Source: Bacteriovoracaceae bacterium (lineage in GTDB: Bacteria > Bdellovibrionota > Bacteriovoracia > Bacteriovoracales > Bacteriovoracaceae). From it: a DNA stretch of 64,000 bases. The notes under the pieces are model-generated. The model ran no database searches and was not told where the DNA came from. It saw only the letters and a program-made list of their open reading frames with translations. The stretch covers positions 1,216,001 through 1,280,000 of the forward strand of contig JBLWTJ010000001.1 in assembly GCA_048270185.1 (NCBI GenBank), written 5' to 3'. A program made the position numbers and the translations under genes. Positions 9,685 to 19,551 of the stretch are shown piece by piece; within the stretch, counting starts at the first letter, position 1, and each line of letters starts with the position of its first letter.

Positions 9685-10914
9685 ATGAACAAAACAAAGC
9701 AACTACCGGTATCTCTTAAAGATATTCAAGATGCACGATTAGCAATCGAAAATCGTATCATCAAAACTCCACTGACATATTCGACAACTTTAAGTGAGAA
9801 GTTTGACTGTGAAGTTTATCTAAAACTCGAAAATCTCCAGCTTACTGGAGCATATAAAATAAGAGGGGCCTTAAATCGTCTTTCAAAATTGAGCGAGGAA
9901 GAAAAGAAGAAAGGTGTTATCGCCTCTTCGGCCGGGAATCACGCCCAAGGAGTTGCCCTTGCGGCCAAACAACTTGGAATACAAGCAACGATTGTTATGC
10001 CTAAATCGACGCCTCTTGCAAAAGTTCAAGGAACAAAGAAGTTTGGAGCTGAAGTTATTCTACATGGTAATTTCTATGATGATGCCTACCAAAGGGCACT
10101 AGAAATTCAACGTGAAAGTGGACAAGTATTCATTCACCCATTTAATGATAAAGATATTATTGCAGGTCAAGGAACTATTGGCCTAGAGATCATCGAAGAA
10201 CTACCTGACGTCGATCTTATCGCCATCCCTGTCGGCGGAGGTGGTCTAATTTCAGGAATTTCCACAGCAGTCAAATCACTCAAAAATAATTGTAAGATTA
10301 TTGGAGTAGAGGCCAGTGAAATGCCGGCCATGCAAGCATCACTTGCTAAAGGTGAGATCACAACAATTGATAAGAAGAAAACCATCGCTGATGGAATTGC
10401 TGTAACAACAGTTCTTGAAAACACATTCGATATTGTTAAAGAATATGTTGAAGAGATTGTCACAGTTAAAGAGACTGAAATTTCTCACGCTATTGTTACA
10501 CTTTTGGAGTACGAAAAGGTTCTAACAGAAGGCGCTGGAGCAACTGCTGTTGCAGCGCTACTTTATGAGAAATTTAAAGATATCAAAGGTAAGAAAATAG
10601 CGCTTATTGTTAGTGGTGGAAATATTGATCTCAATATCCTCGATCGAATAATTGAGCGCGGCCTAATCACCTCTGGTCGCTCATGCTCTATTATAATTAA
10701 TGTCCCTGATACACCTGGGACAATTGCTCATATTGCTTCAATTATTGGAGCCAAAGAAGCTAATATTTTAGAAATTCATCACAATAGGGCCTTTACAACA
10801 AGTGTTCTCGGAGAAACAGAGGTTGAAATCTCACTTGAAACAAGAGGTCATCTTCATATTAAAGAAATTGTGGATGAGCTAAACTCAAAAGGCTTTAGTG
10901 CCAAAAGGGTCTAG
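9685..10914 (+). CDS. ilvA: Threonine ammonia-lyase with one ACT domain
   Basis: LKLENLQLTGAYKIRGA PLP lysine motif, SAGNHAQG, PVGGGGL, C-terminal ACT (ETRG). Confidence 0.9.
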   Translation: MNKTKQLPVSLKDIQDARLAIENRIIKTPLTYSTTLSEKFDCEVYLKLENLQLTGAYKIRGALNRLSKLSEEEKKKGVIASSAGNHAQGVALAAKQLGIQATIVMPKSTPLAKVQGTKKFGAEVILHGNFYDDAYQRALEIQRESGQVFIHPFNDKDIIAGQGTIGLEIIEELPDVDLIAIPVGGGGLISGISTAVKSLKNNCKIIGVEASEMPAMQASLAKGEITTIDKKKTIADGIAVTTVLENTFDIVKEYVEEIVTVKETEISHAIVTLLEYEKVLTEGAGATAVAALLYEKFKDIKGKKIALIVSGGNIDLNILDRIIERGLITSGRSCSIIINVPDTPGTIAHIASIIGAKEANILEIHHNRAFTTSVLGETEVEISLETRGHLHIKEIVDELNSKGFSAKRV

Positions 10915-10919
10915 TTAAT

Positions 10920-11903
10920 ATGAGTTCATTTAATTTTCTCGAAACAACTCGCAATAATGAAGAAAGTCTCGCAGCTTCTAATTTTACTAAACATGATCTC
11001 GATTTTCATATTTTCGATACGGGGATAATCCAGGTTATTCCACATAATATTGAAAATCACGATGCTTATATTATTTCATGTGGAATTCATGGCAATGAAA
11101 CAGCTCCCATTGAGTTTACAAATGAAATTTTAAATAAAATTGAAGCTGGCACTTTAAAGTTAATATCACCTACCCTCTTTATTTTTGGAAATCCAAGATC
11201 AATGAATATTGGAAAGAGGTTTAGTGAATATAATTTAAATCGTTGCTTTAATGGAGCATATAAAGAGCTTGAAGATAGTTATGAGAAAAAACGTGCGCAA
11301 GTCATTGAGAAGCACTGCTATAACTTTGCAACTAAGTACGAAGATAAGACCTTATTTCATTTTGATCTCCACTGTGCCTTAAAGAAGAGTGAAATGGAAC
11401 GATTCGCACTCGTACCAAAGTCACATGAACGTACACGTGATGAAGATTTTGATCTTATCTTGGCCAATATGAATGTTGAAGCTTCTCTCTTTTCACACAA
11501 AGAATCGACAGTATTTAGCTCATTTAGCTTCACACAATTTAATGCCTATAGTGCAACAGTCGAACTAGGAAAAGTCTATCCATTTGGACAAAATCCTGTC
11601 GGAAAGTTTACTGCAGCATCTGATACTATTGAAAAGCTACTAAGTGGTAAAAAACTTGCATTTGCAAATAAGGCACAAGCATTTACAATATATGATTCAA
11701 TCAATAAAGAGTTCGATGATTTTGAATTTACATTTGATGAAGAAGAAAGCTCTAACTTCACTTCTTTTAAACAAGATGAAGTTATTTTTAGACAAGGAGG
11801 CATTGATTACAAATGTCCCGAAGATGGTTTAAGAATGATCTTTCCAAACTCGAATGTCATTTTAGGTCAACGGGCCCTTTTACTAATTAAAGAAATTAAA
11901 TAA
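10920..11903 (+). CDS. astE: Succinylglutamate desuccinylase
   Basis: GIHGNETAPIE, NLNRCF, DLHCA, TVELGKVYPFGQN, FPNSNVILGQRA. Confidence 0.85.
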   Translation: MSSFNFLETTRNNEESLAASNFTKHDLDFHIFDTGIIQVIPHNIENHDAYIISCGIHGNETAPIEFTNEILNKIEAGTLKLISPTLFIFGNPRSMNIGKRFSEYNLNRCFNGAYKELEDSYEKKRAQVIEKHCYNFATKYEDKTLFHFDLHCALKKSEMERFALVPKSHERTRDEDFDLILANMNVEASLFSHKESTVFSSFSFTQFNAYSATVELGKVYPFGQNPVGKFTAASDTIEKLLSGKKLAFANKAQAFTIYDSINKEFDDFEFTFDEEESSNFTSFKQDEVIFRQGGIDYKCPEDGLRMIFPNSNVILGQRALLLIKEIK

Positions 11904-11916
11904 TCAGGAGTAATTA

Positions 11917-12420
11917 ATGAGTGACTTTTTAATCGTAACGGCCAGTGATGGTATGAATTTAAAGATGGCCGATAAACTTTTAGAACTATCTGCTTCTACT
12001 GGAGCAAGTTTTGAAATCGTAAAGATTAGTGATTACAACCTACCTCTTTACACTACTTCTGAAGAAGAAAAAGGAATTCCAGAAGATGGAATTAAACTAG
12101 GTAGTAAATTTGTTGCAGCAAAAGGAATGGTCTTTTTAACTCCAGAATACAATGGTTCAGTCACACCATCTTTCATCAATGCAATTGCTTGGATAACTCG
12201 CTCTTGTGGTGAAAATTGGCGAGATGCTTTTGTTCAAAAGCCAGCTGTTCTAGGAACACATTCAGGAGGAGGCGGCCAATACGTCCTCAATGCCATGCTT
12301 GATCAACTATCATTTATTGGTATGAATATTATTGGAAGAAAACTTCTTACGAACTATGGAAAGCCATTAAATGAAGAAGCTGCAGAACAAGCATTAAAAG
12401 AACTTGTAAAACTGGCATAA
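11917..12420 (+). CDS. NADPH-dependent FMN reductase
   Basis: LPLY, TPEYNGS, NAIAW, KPAVLGTHSGGGG. Confidence 0.85.
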   Translation: MSDFLIVTASDGMNLKMADKLLELSASTGASFEIVKISDYNLPLYTTSEEEKGIPEDGIKLGSKFVAAKGMVFLTPEYNGSVTPSFINAIAWITRSCGENWRDAFVQKPAVLGTHSGGGGQYVLNAMLDQLSFIGMNIIGRKLLTNYGKPLNEEAAEQALKELVKLA

Positions 12421-12447
12421 AAAAAGCTCCCTATGGAGCTTTTTTTT
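12419..12447. terminator. Bidirectional intrinsic terminator
   Basis: A-tract, GCTCC-CTAT-GGAGC stem, T-tract, between convergent genes. Confidence 0.8.
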
Positions 12448-12925
12448 ATTCTTTACAAGATTTCAAAATAACTAAATTCTTCATTCCTTCTAACACAGCA
12501 GCACAGCCATCTGATTTTTGAGCACGCTCTGAAGTATTTAAATAGAAAAGAATTTGGTCTTTGATAACCCTCTTCTTCCCTTTTAAATCCATAACATTAG
12601 CACTAAATTTTGCACGATATGCATGAACTTCTTTATCAGCTGATTCAATAGCAGTAATTTTAATACTTTCAGGTGAATCCATAATGTACTGTAAATTCTT
12701 TGGTGCATCATAATCTGGATCTTTTCCAAAGCGATACTCAGGGAATTTCTTATTAAGGCACTTCTCTTTAGCTCCAACTATTAAGCGAATTCCACTTACC
12801 TCGATTTCAATAAGATCTTTGGCCACTTTCTTAACATCTTTATTCTTAGGACAGACTTCTGCTGCATAGATATTACTCATAAGCACAGATGCTAATATTA
12901 GTGTTGAAAATATATTAGTGATCAT
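12446..12925 (-). CDS. Small secreted Cys-containing hypothetical protein
   Basis: Likely start at ATG 12925 (MITNIFSTLILASVLMSNIYA signal peptide), overlapping the upstream gene by 11 nt. Confidence 0.65.
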   Translation of the reverse strand: MITNIFSTLILASVLMSNIYAAEVCPKNKDVKKVAKDLIEIEVSGIRLIVGAKEKCLNKKFPEYRFGKDPDYDAPKNLQYIMDSPESIKITAIESADKEVHAYRAKFSANVMDLKGKKRVIKDQILFYLNTSERAQKSDGCAAVLEGMKNLVILKSCKE

Positions 12926-14222
12926 TTTTCTTCCTCTCAGATAGACATTTCTCAACACACTCACCACCTTTTAACTCGGCAGGTTTATCGAAATAACATG
13001 CAGGATTTGCACCATCATGTCTTAAAACCTGGAAGCGTGAACTTACGGCCGCTTTTGAGAAAGTTCTCTTATTTACAATATCCCAACAAGATTTCTTTGC
13101 TTGAACAAGTAAGTTTCTAAATAGTGTTGAATACTCTGTTTCATGGATTTTTGCTTCAACTCGAGCTGGGCCATAATTATTAAGAGCACCACTATGGATA
13201 TAAGTAAAATCAAAGTCACCAATTGTCACATCATCACATGTACCAGCTTCCGAATGTTTTCTAATCCCAAGTGGATCTCGACCTACCGAATCGACCATTA
13301 CAACGTGCTTACCTTTAAAGTTAATGACATCACCTGATTGCATGGAATAAGGAAGATTAAATTTAGCATCCTTTACACATGAGTTCTTCTTTTGAGAAGT
13401 ATAAAAAAGTGAAGTTGTAGTTAGAGAGTTAAAATCTGTATCTGCAGTAGAAAACTTTAAACCTTCCACTGCAAAAGCTGCAGAAATAAATTCTGAACAA
13501 TCAATTCCAGAAGACTTAACACCGTTATTTGCAACTCCTGCACCACGTGTAAAAAGATTAACTTTTTCACCTCTTAGCCATTTTCTTGAACCATAACCAT
13601 AAACTGGTGGCTGCTTTGTAGTATCAATACAGCCTTCTGCTGGAAAATTTGGATCGGACTTGAGCCCTTTTAAAATCTCATGAGAATTAACCATCTTATC
13701 TTTGCTATTAATAACTCTTTGCTTATACACTTGGCCATTATCAAAGGTTGCACTTCTAGTTGTCACACCTTGAAGCTTTGGTGTGTTCTCATCCATTACG
13801 AAATCAATGGCATTACAAGATTGATAAATTGTCGCAAGAACTTGTCTTGCACCAAGAGAGCCAGCTCCCAGCATATCAGTATTGTAAGCCTCCATTTCTT
13901 CAGGACTAATTGAACAAGTCGATGGAGTCACTGTTAAGCTATCATTGATATAGTCTGAAATATCGTAAGTTGATGGAAAATTAGTATAGTTATTTGATAG
14001 TATCTGTAATGGGTCTTTTTTATTACGACTCACATCTGCCTTAGCTTCCATCTCATTAGCTACATTATCAACACTATCGACAATATCGCTTATATCGGAT
14101 TCACTTGCCATGCGAGAGGCAGCTCTCGGCGCCACACCACTTTGGATATCCCCTTGATCAACCTGACAAGCTGATAACAAAAATGTCGATGTTAAAATTA
14201 AGTAAAAATAGTTTCTCTTCAT
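12915..14222 (-). CDS. Lipoprotein with NlpC/P60-like cysteine peptidase domain
   Basis: Lipobox LLSAC; VYGYG...GIDCSEFIS...SGDVINFKGKHVVMV...YIHS in the NlpC/P60 order. Confidence 0.65.
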   Translation of the reverse strand: MKRNYFYLILTSTFLLSACQVDQGDIQSGVAPRAASRMASESDISDIVDSVDNVANEMEAKADVSRNKKDPLQILSNNYTNFPSTYDISDYINDSLTVTPSTCSISPEEMEAYNTDMLGAGSLGARQVLATIYQSCNAIDFVMDENTPKLQGVTTRSATFDNGQVYKQRVINSKDKMVNSHEILKGLKSDPNFPAEGCIDTTKQPPVYGYGSRKWLRGEKVNLFTRGAGVANNGVKSSGIDCSEFISAAFAVEGLKFSTADTDFNSLTTTSLFYTSQKKNSCVKDAKFNLPYSMQSGDVINFKGKHVVMVDSVGRDPLGIRKHSEAGTCDDVTIGDFDFTYIHSGALNNYGPARVEAKIHETEYSTLFRNLLVQAKKSCWDIVNKRTFSKAAVSSRFQVLRHDGANPACYFDKPAELKGGECVEKCLSERKKNDH

Positions 14223-14411
14223 AGGCCTCTCGTCCTATCTCTTATCGGTAAATTTACTCTTTTACTTTAGATGTAAAAACAAATACTTATACAATCGACA
14301 TAAATAAATTACATAGGTTGTAAGGTAATGTAATATTAATATGGCCACCCTTTTCTGTACAATTGAGCGCGTCATTGATTAAATGCAGCACCATTTCAAT
14401 AAGGATCATTA

Positions 14412-15287
14412 ATGAAGACTTCACTAGGCTTAATCGCCATATTTATTCTTGTAACAAATTCGGCCATGGCCATTAATAAAGTCGTTTATGGAGAAGACAA
14501 TCGTCTCGATCGCTTTGAAGTAATTGATCAAAATAAACTAGATCTTCAAAGATCAACAGTTGCAATGATTCCGAAGTCAAAGCTTAAGCAAATTGGAAAT
14601 ACATCTAACTATCTAGCTGATGATTCTAAAATTGACCTATGTGATGGTGAAAGATTTAATAAGCAGGTAGATGTAGCTGATTGTTCGGGATTCCTTGTTG
14701 AAAAATATGGAAAACAATTTATTGTAACGGCCGGTCACTGTATGCAATCGAAGACAGACTGTCATGACAACTACTGGGTATTTGATTATGCAAAAACATC
14801 TCCGAATGATGATGCAAGAACAATCAATGAAGAGAATATTTATAGCTGTCGCAATATTGTTGCTCAAAGACTTGGCCGTATGTCAGGTGAAGATTTTGCA
14901 GTTATTGAACTAAATAGAAAAGTAGAAGGAAGAAGGCCACTAGACTACAGACAAAATGACGACATTAGAAAAGGTGAAGAAGTATTTGTTATTGGTCACC
15001 CATCTGGTCTTCCATCAAAAGTCTCTGATAATGGTTTCGTAAGACGTGCCGACAATTTTTATCAATTTGAAACAAACCTTGATACATTCTCAGGGAATTC
15101 AGGATCAGCTGTATTTAACGAGAAAACAGGAATTGTTGAAGGTATCCTTGTAAATGGAGACGAAGACTACCGCTACAATGCTAAGAAACATTGTTATGAA
15201 GTAAATCGTTGTAAAATGGAAGGATGCGAAGGTGAAGGTGTTTTTAGAATTACCCGTATCCTTATGCTCAGACCTAGTAACGACTAG
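14412..15287 (+). CDS. Secreted trypsin-like serine protease
   Basis: Signal peptide; CSGFLV, TAGHC, DFAVI, GNSGS catalytic triad motifs. Confidence 0.9.
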   Translation: MKTSLGLIAIFILVTNSAMAINKVVYGEDNRLDRFEVIDQNKLDLQRSTVAMIPKSKLKQIGNTSNYLADDSKIDLCDGERFNKQVDVADCSGFLVEKYGKQFIVTAGHCMQSKTDCHDNYWVFDYAKTSPNDDARTINEENIYSCRNIVAQRLGRMSGEDFAVIELNRKVEGRRPLDYRQNDDIRKGEEVFVIGHPSGLPSKVSDNGFVRRADNFYQFETNLDTFSGNSGSAVFNEKTGIVEGILVNGDEDYRYNAKKHCYEVNRCKMEGCEGEGVFRITRILMLRPSND

Positions 15288-15757
15288 AGATTAAACTTAC
15301 CATCCAGGCAAGAGTTAATTCTTTCTTTTGCCTGGTTAATATCTTCATTAAAGACTGCACCAATTTCAATCGAAAGATTCTCTAATAACATTTCCAAATA
15401 CTTTGATTCAGCAGAACCTTTATCTGAGATTTGTAATAGTTGTTGAATATTTTCAACAAAAGTTTCAGTGTCTTGCTTTTGAATATTTGATTTAAAGAAA
15501 TTAATTCTATCTTTTTTCGAATCAAACTCTAGTAATTCACTCTCTTGTGAAATTTTATCAAGAGTTTGCTCTATTTCTTTGGGAGAACTTAGAAGTCTAA
15601 AAGCATCTTTTTTCACCGTTGGAATCATTGTCGTCGAACGACCTTGAGTTGACTCAATTATATAGAATTCCGAACCACTCATATCCTTGATTTCTGTAAT
15701 TACGCCAACACCAAAGTTAATCGATACTACTTCTTGTCCTATTTCTAATTTTGGCAT
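15284..15757 (-). CDS. CarD/CdnL-like transcription factor (divergent)
   Basis: Start at ATG 15757 after AAGGGG; IGQEVVSINFGVGVITEI...MIP...FRLL resembles the CarD/TRCF RNAP-interaction domain, followed by a helical C-terminus. Confidence 0.65.
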   Translation of the reverse strand: MPKLEIGQEVVSINFGVGVITEIKDMSGSEFYIIESTQGRSTTMIPTVKKDAFRLLSSPKEIEQTLDKISQESELLEFDSKKDRINFFKSNIQKQDTETFVENIQQLLQISDKGSAESKYLEMLLENLSIEIGAVFNEDINQAKERINSCLDGKFNL

Positions 15758-15920
15758 AAATCCCCTTTTTGTTAGGTTAATATTATACCACAGGTTATAA
15801 AATAAATCTTTCGGGCAACGAATTCGCAACAAGCAGTGTCAAATGACACTCACAGCTTTTTTTAGTTAGTTGAAAGTGGTATAAGTCTTCTAATATACAT
15901 TGAACACAGGGGATTTAAGT

Positions 15921-17924
15921 ATGAATGCTGATAGTTTCAAACAAGCTATATTAGAGGGTATTCCTAAGACTTTACCAAAATATAAGAAGTATGAAGAGAA
16001 TATTAACCATGCGCCAAAACGTAAACAAATTCTCTCTCAAGAAGAAGAGAAATTGGCACTTCGTAATGCCCTTCGATACTTTCCTTCAGATCTTCATTCT
16101 GAACTAATTCAAGAATTTAAAGAAGAACTCAATAAATATGGGCGAATTTACATGTATCGCTACCGCCCGGATTATAAGATACATGCACGTTCAATCGAAG
16201 AGTATCCTCACAAGTCAAAGCAAGCAGCAGCAATTATGCTAATGCTTTCAAATAATCTTGACTACGCTGTTGCTCAACACCCACATGAACTTATCACATA
16301 CGGTGGTAATGGAGCAGTCTTTTCAAACTGGGCCCAGTACCTATTAACAATGCAATATCTAGCAACCATGACTGATGAGCAAACACTTGTTCTCTACTCC
16401 GGTCACCCAGCAGGATTATTTCCATCACACAAGGATGCACCAAGAGTTGTTGTCACTAACGGCATGATGATTCCAAATTACTCTAAGCCTGATGATTGGG
16501 AGAAGTTTAATGCACTAGGAGTTACTCAATACGGACAAATGACTGCAGGTTCATTTATGTATATTGGACCTCAAGGAATTGTACATGGTACGACAATCAC
16601 AGTTCTTAATGCTCTAAGAAAAATTTCTAAAGAGTCAGTGACTGAAACTGCTGGAAAAGTTTTTGTTACTGCAGGACTTGGTGGAATGTCTGGAGCACAA
16701 CCTAAGGCCGCTGTCATTGCTGGTTGTATTGGAGTTGTTGCAGAAGTCAATCCAAAGGCAGTTAAAACAAGACATGAGCAAGGATGGGTTGATGAAGTAT
16801 TTACCGATCTCGATGAAATCGTTTCACGTATCAAGATAGCACAAGAAAATAAAGAAGCTGTGTCACTTGCCTACCAAGGAAATATTATTAACCTTTGGGA
16901 GAAATTTGTTGAGACAGGTCTAAAGGTTGATATTGGCTCTGATCAAACTTCCCTTCATAATCCATGGGCCGGTGGTTACTATCCTGCCGATCTCTCATTT
17001 GAAGAATCAAATGAAATGATGGCCAATAACCCGGAACAATTTAAAGTTGAAGTACAAAAGAGCTTAGTAAGACACGTCAATGCAATTAATAAACTAGCAG
17101 ATCAAGGAATGTACTTCTTCGACTATGGAAATGCATTCTTACTTGAAGCATCACGTGCTGGTGCTGATATTATGAAAGACGGATCAAGTGAAGAATTTAA
17201 ATATCCTTCATATGTTCAAGATATCATGGGTCCAATGTGCTTTGATTATGGATTCGGACCTTTTAGATGGGTTTGTACATCAAGTACACAAGAAGATCTT
17301 GATCTTACAGATAAGCTTGCTACAGAAGTACTTGAGAGACTGATGCAAGAATCCCCAAGTGAGATCACACAACAAATGCAAGATAATATCACATGGATTA
17401 AAGGTGCAAAAGAGAACGATCTTGTCGTCGGTTCAAAAGCACGAATTCTATATGCCGATAGTGACGGAAGAATTGAAATTGCACTCGCCTTTAACAAGGC
17501 CCTTCGCGAAGGAAAACTTAAAGCTCCAGTAGTCCTAGGTCGCGACCATCACGATGTTTCAGGAACTGATTCACCATTTAGAGAAACGTCCAATATCTAC
17601 GATGGCTCACGCTTTACTGCAGATATGGCCGTCCAAAACTTCGTTGGTGATTCTTTTAGAGGGGCAACTTGGATTTCACTTCATAACGGCGGTGGAGTCG
17701 GATGGGGAGAAGTAATTAACGGTGGTTTTGGAATGGTTCTCGATGGAAGTGAAGACTGTGATCGTCGTATCAAGTCAATGCTATTCTGGGATGTAAATAA
17801 CGGAATTAACCGTCGTAGCTGGGCCCGCAATGAAGGGGCCACATTTGCAATAAAAAGAGCAATGGAGAAAGAGCCTCTCTTACAGGTGACAATACCTAAC
17901 TTAGTTGATGATTCATTACTATAA
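15921..17924 (+). CDS. hutU: Urocanate hydratase (long form)
   Basis: YGQMTAGSFMYIGPQGIVHGT, GLGGMSGAQ, SDQTSLHN, GRDHHDVSG, HNGGGVGWG. Confidence 0.95.
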   Translation: MNADSFKQAILEGIPKTLPKYKKYEENINHAPKRKQILSQEEEKLALRNALRYFPSDLHSELIQEFKEELNKYGRIYMYRYRPDYKIHARSIEEYPHKSKQAAAIMLMLSNNLDYAVAQHPHELITYGGNGAVFSNWAQYLLTMQYLATMTDEQTLVLYSGHPAGLFPSHKDAPRVVVTNGMMIPNYSKPDDWEKFNALGVTQYGQMTAGSFMYIGPQGIVHGTTITVLNALRKISKESVTETAGKVFVTAGLGGMSGAQPKAAVIAGCIGVVAEVNPKAVKTRHEQGWVDEVFTDLDEIVSRIKIAQENKEAVSLAYQGNIINLWEKFVETGLKVDIGSDQTSLHNPWAGGYYPADLSFEESNEMMANNPEQFKVEVQKSLVRHVNAINKLADQGMYFFDYGNAFLLEASRAGADIMKDGSSEEFKYPSYVQDIMGPMCFDYGFGPFRWVCTSSTQEDLDLTDKLATEVLERLMQESPSEITQQMQDNITWIKGAKENDLVVGSKARILYADSDGRIEIALAFNKALREGKLKAPVVLGRDHHDVSGTDSPFRETSNIYDGSRFTADMAVQNFVGDSFRGATWISLHNGGGVGWGEVINGGFGMVLDGSEDCDRRIKSMLFWDVNNGINRRSWARNEGATFAIKRAMEKEPLLQVTIPNLVDDSLL

Positions 17925-17926
17925 AT

Positions 17927-17954
17927 AAGGCCTAGCATTAGCTAGGCTTTTTTT
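17927..17954. terminator. Intrinsic terminator after hutU, probably shared with the convergent gene
   Basis: GCCTAGC-ATTA-GCTAGGC followed by T7. Confidence 0.75.
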
Positions 17955-19551
17955 AACTCTTATTAAAGATTCCTTTCGGAACTAAGTGATAGAAAGTTTT
18001 TAATGGCTCCATTGCAGTGGCCGTCATAAGACCGGCCATCATTGCACCAGAAACTCCATTAATAAGAACATCCTGACCAGTAAGAAACAGATTCTTAATT
18101 GGTGTTTTAGGCCTTAGCCACTCTTGTGTGAATCGATCGGGAGACAATTCTAGTCCATAAACTTCACCCTCTTCGTATTGACAGAAGTCTCTTGTTGTCA
18201 AAGGTGAAGACGATTCAAAGTAGTCAACCTGACCTTTTAAATTTGGCATATACTCATACAATTTATCAAGATAGCGATCTTCTAAGGACTTCTTGTATTC
18301 AACATAGTCCTCATTACTTCGTGAACGTTTTGGCCAAGTGCTCTCCTTCCATTTTTCAAACCATTTCATACTAGAAACACCTAAGATATCAATGGTTGCC
18401 CTACCAGCATATCGATCAGTAAAAGTATCATCTTTTGCAGAAGGGAAAGAAATATAAGTTAAAGGCAGTGGATTATTTTGATTTTCAAAATATGATTTTA
18501 TATTTTTATCATGATCATAGGATGGATAAATCCACTTATTCGCCTTTGGTAAATGTAGAGACTTTGCATCTTTCTTAAAGCCTAAATATAATGAAAAGTA
18601 TCCGCTAGAGTAACGAGTTTGTTTAATTTTTTGAAAAAACTTATCTCCCAAAGTTTCAGCACCGATTAATTTTAAATATGTATTTCTAGCTCCCGCATTA
18701 CTTACAATACGCTTTGCTTTTATGAGCTCTCCACTCTCTAACTCGACAGCATAAGCTTCATTTTTAGAGATGAGAATTTTCTTAACACTGGCCTTTACAC
18801 ATATATCTCCACCAGCTTTATTGATAACTTTCAACACTTCTGAAGCAATTCTTGAAGAGCCACCTATAGGATAATTTCCTCCATCAATATAGTGTTGTGC
18901 AACTGTAGCATGCACAACAAAGCTACTCATTGAAGGTGGAAGGCCGTAATCTCCATACTGTGCAGTTAAAACACCTATTAACTTTTGATTAGAAGTAATT
19001 CGACTTAAAATTTCTAATGTCGATTTGGAACTGTAATAGTTAAATGCTTTTAAATTAACGGGAAGTATTGAAGGAGCAACTCTTTTCATACAAAAATTGC
19101 GTATTGACTCCTGTGCTTCTTTTAATAATTCAAAATAGCGAATAATAGCTTTTGTCTCATCTGGAAAAATTGAGCATAAGTATTCGATTTGAGCATCTTT
19201 TGTCGCTTTATACTTGTAGCTACGATCGGGAAAGTAAACTTCTTCAAAAGTCTCTCCCATATAACTCCATTTGAGATTACTATCAGTAATATAGTCAAAG
19301 AGCAGCCTAAAAGGATGTTGCGTTTTATGAACATCTCCAACATAGTGAAGCCCAACATCCCACTCATAACCTTTGCGAGTATAAGAGTGAGTAAATCCTC
19401 CTGCTGTATAGTGCTTTTCTAATATTAATACGCGTTGCCCTTGTTTTGATAGAATAGCTCCAAGAGTGAGGCTTCCTACACCAGAGCCAATAATCACAAC
19501 ATCGTAATCCTGAGTAAAGTGAATATCTTTAAGTTTATTACCTATTATCAT
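17953..19551 (-). CDS. FAD-dependent oxidoreductase, phytoene desaturase (CrtI)/retinol saturase family
   Basis: DVVIIGSGVGSL Rossmann motif, EKHYTAGGFTH, WDVGLHY, SFPSAKD, SSPLT, LFLTGQD. Confidence 0.85.
   Translation of the reverse strand: MIIGNKLKDIHFTQDYDVVIIGSGVGSLTLGAILSKQGQRVLILEKHYTAGGFTHSYTRKGYEWDVGLHYVGDVHKTQHPFRLLFDYITDSNLKWSYMGETFEEVYFPDRSYKYKATKDAQIEYLCSIFPDETKAIIRYFELLKEAQESIRNFCMKRVAPSILPVNLKAFNYYSSKSTLEILSRITSNQKLIGVLTAQYGDYGLPPSMSSFVVHATVAQHYIDGGNYPIGGSSRIASEVLKVINKAGGDICVKASVKKILISKNEAYAVELESGELIKAKRIVSNAGARNTYLKLIGAETLGDKFFQKIKQTRYSSGYFSLYLGFKKDAKSLHLPKANKWIYPSYDHDKNIKSYFENQNNPLPLTYISFPSAKDDTFTDRYAGRATIDILGVSSMKWFEKWKESTWPKRSRSNEDYVEYKKSLEDRYLDKLYEYMPNLKGQVDYFESSSPLTTRDFCQYEEGEVYGLELSPDRFTQEWLRPKTPIKNLFLTGQDVLINGVSGAMMAGLMTATAMEPLKTFYHLVPKGIFNKS

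Noticed and set aside
17953..19551. Carotenoid biosynthesis cluster
   Set aside because: No phytoene synthase, prenyltransferase or cyclase nearby; the protein looks closer to the RetSat-like branch.
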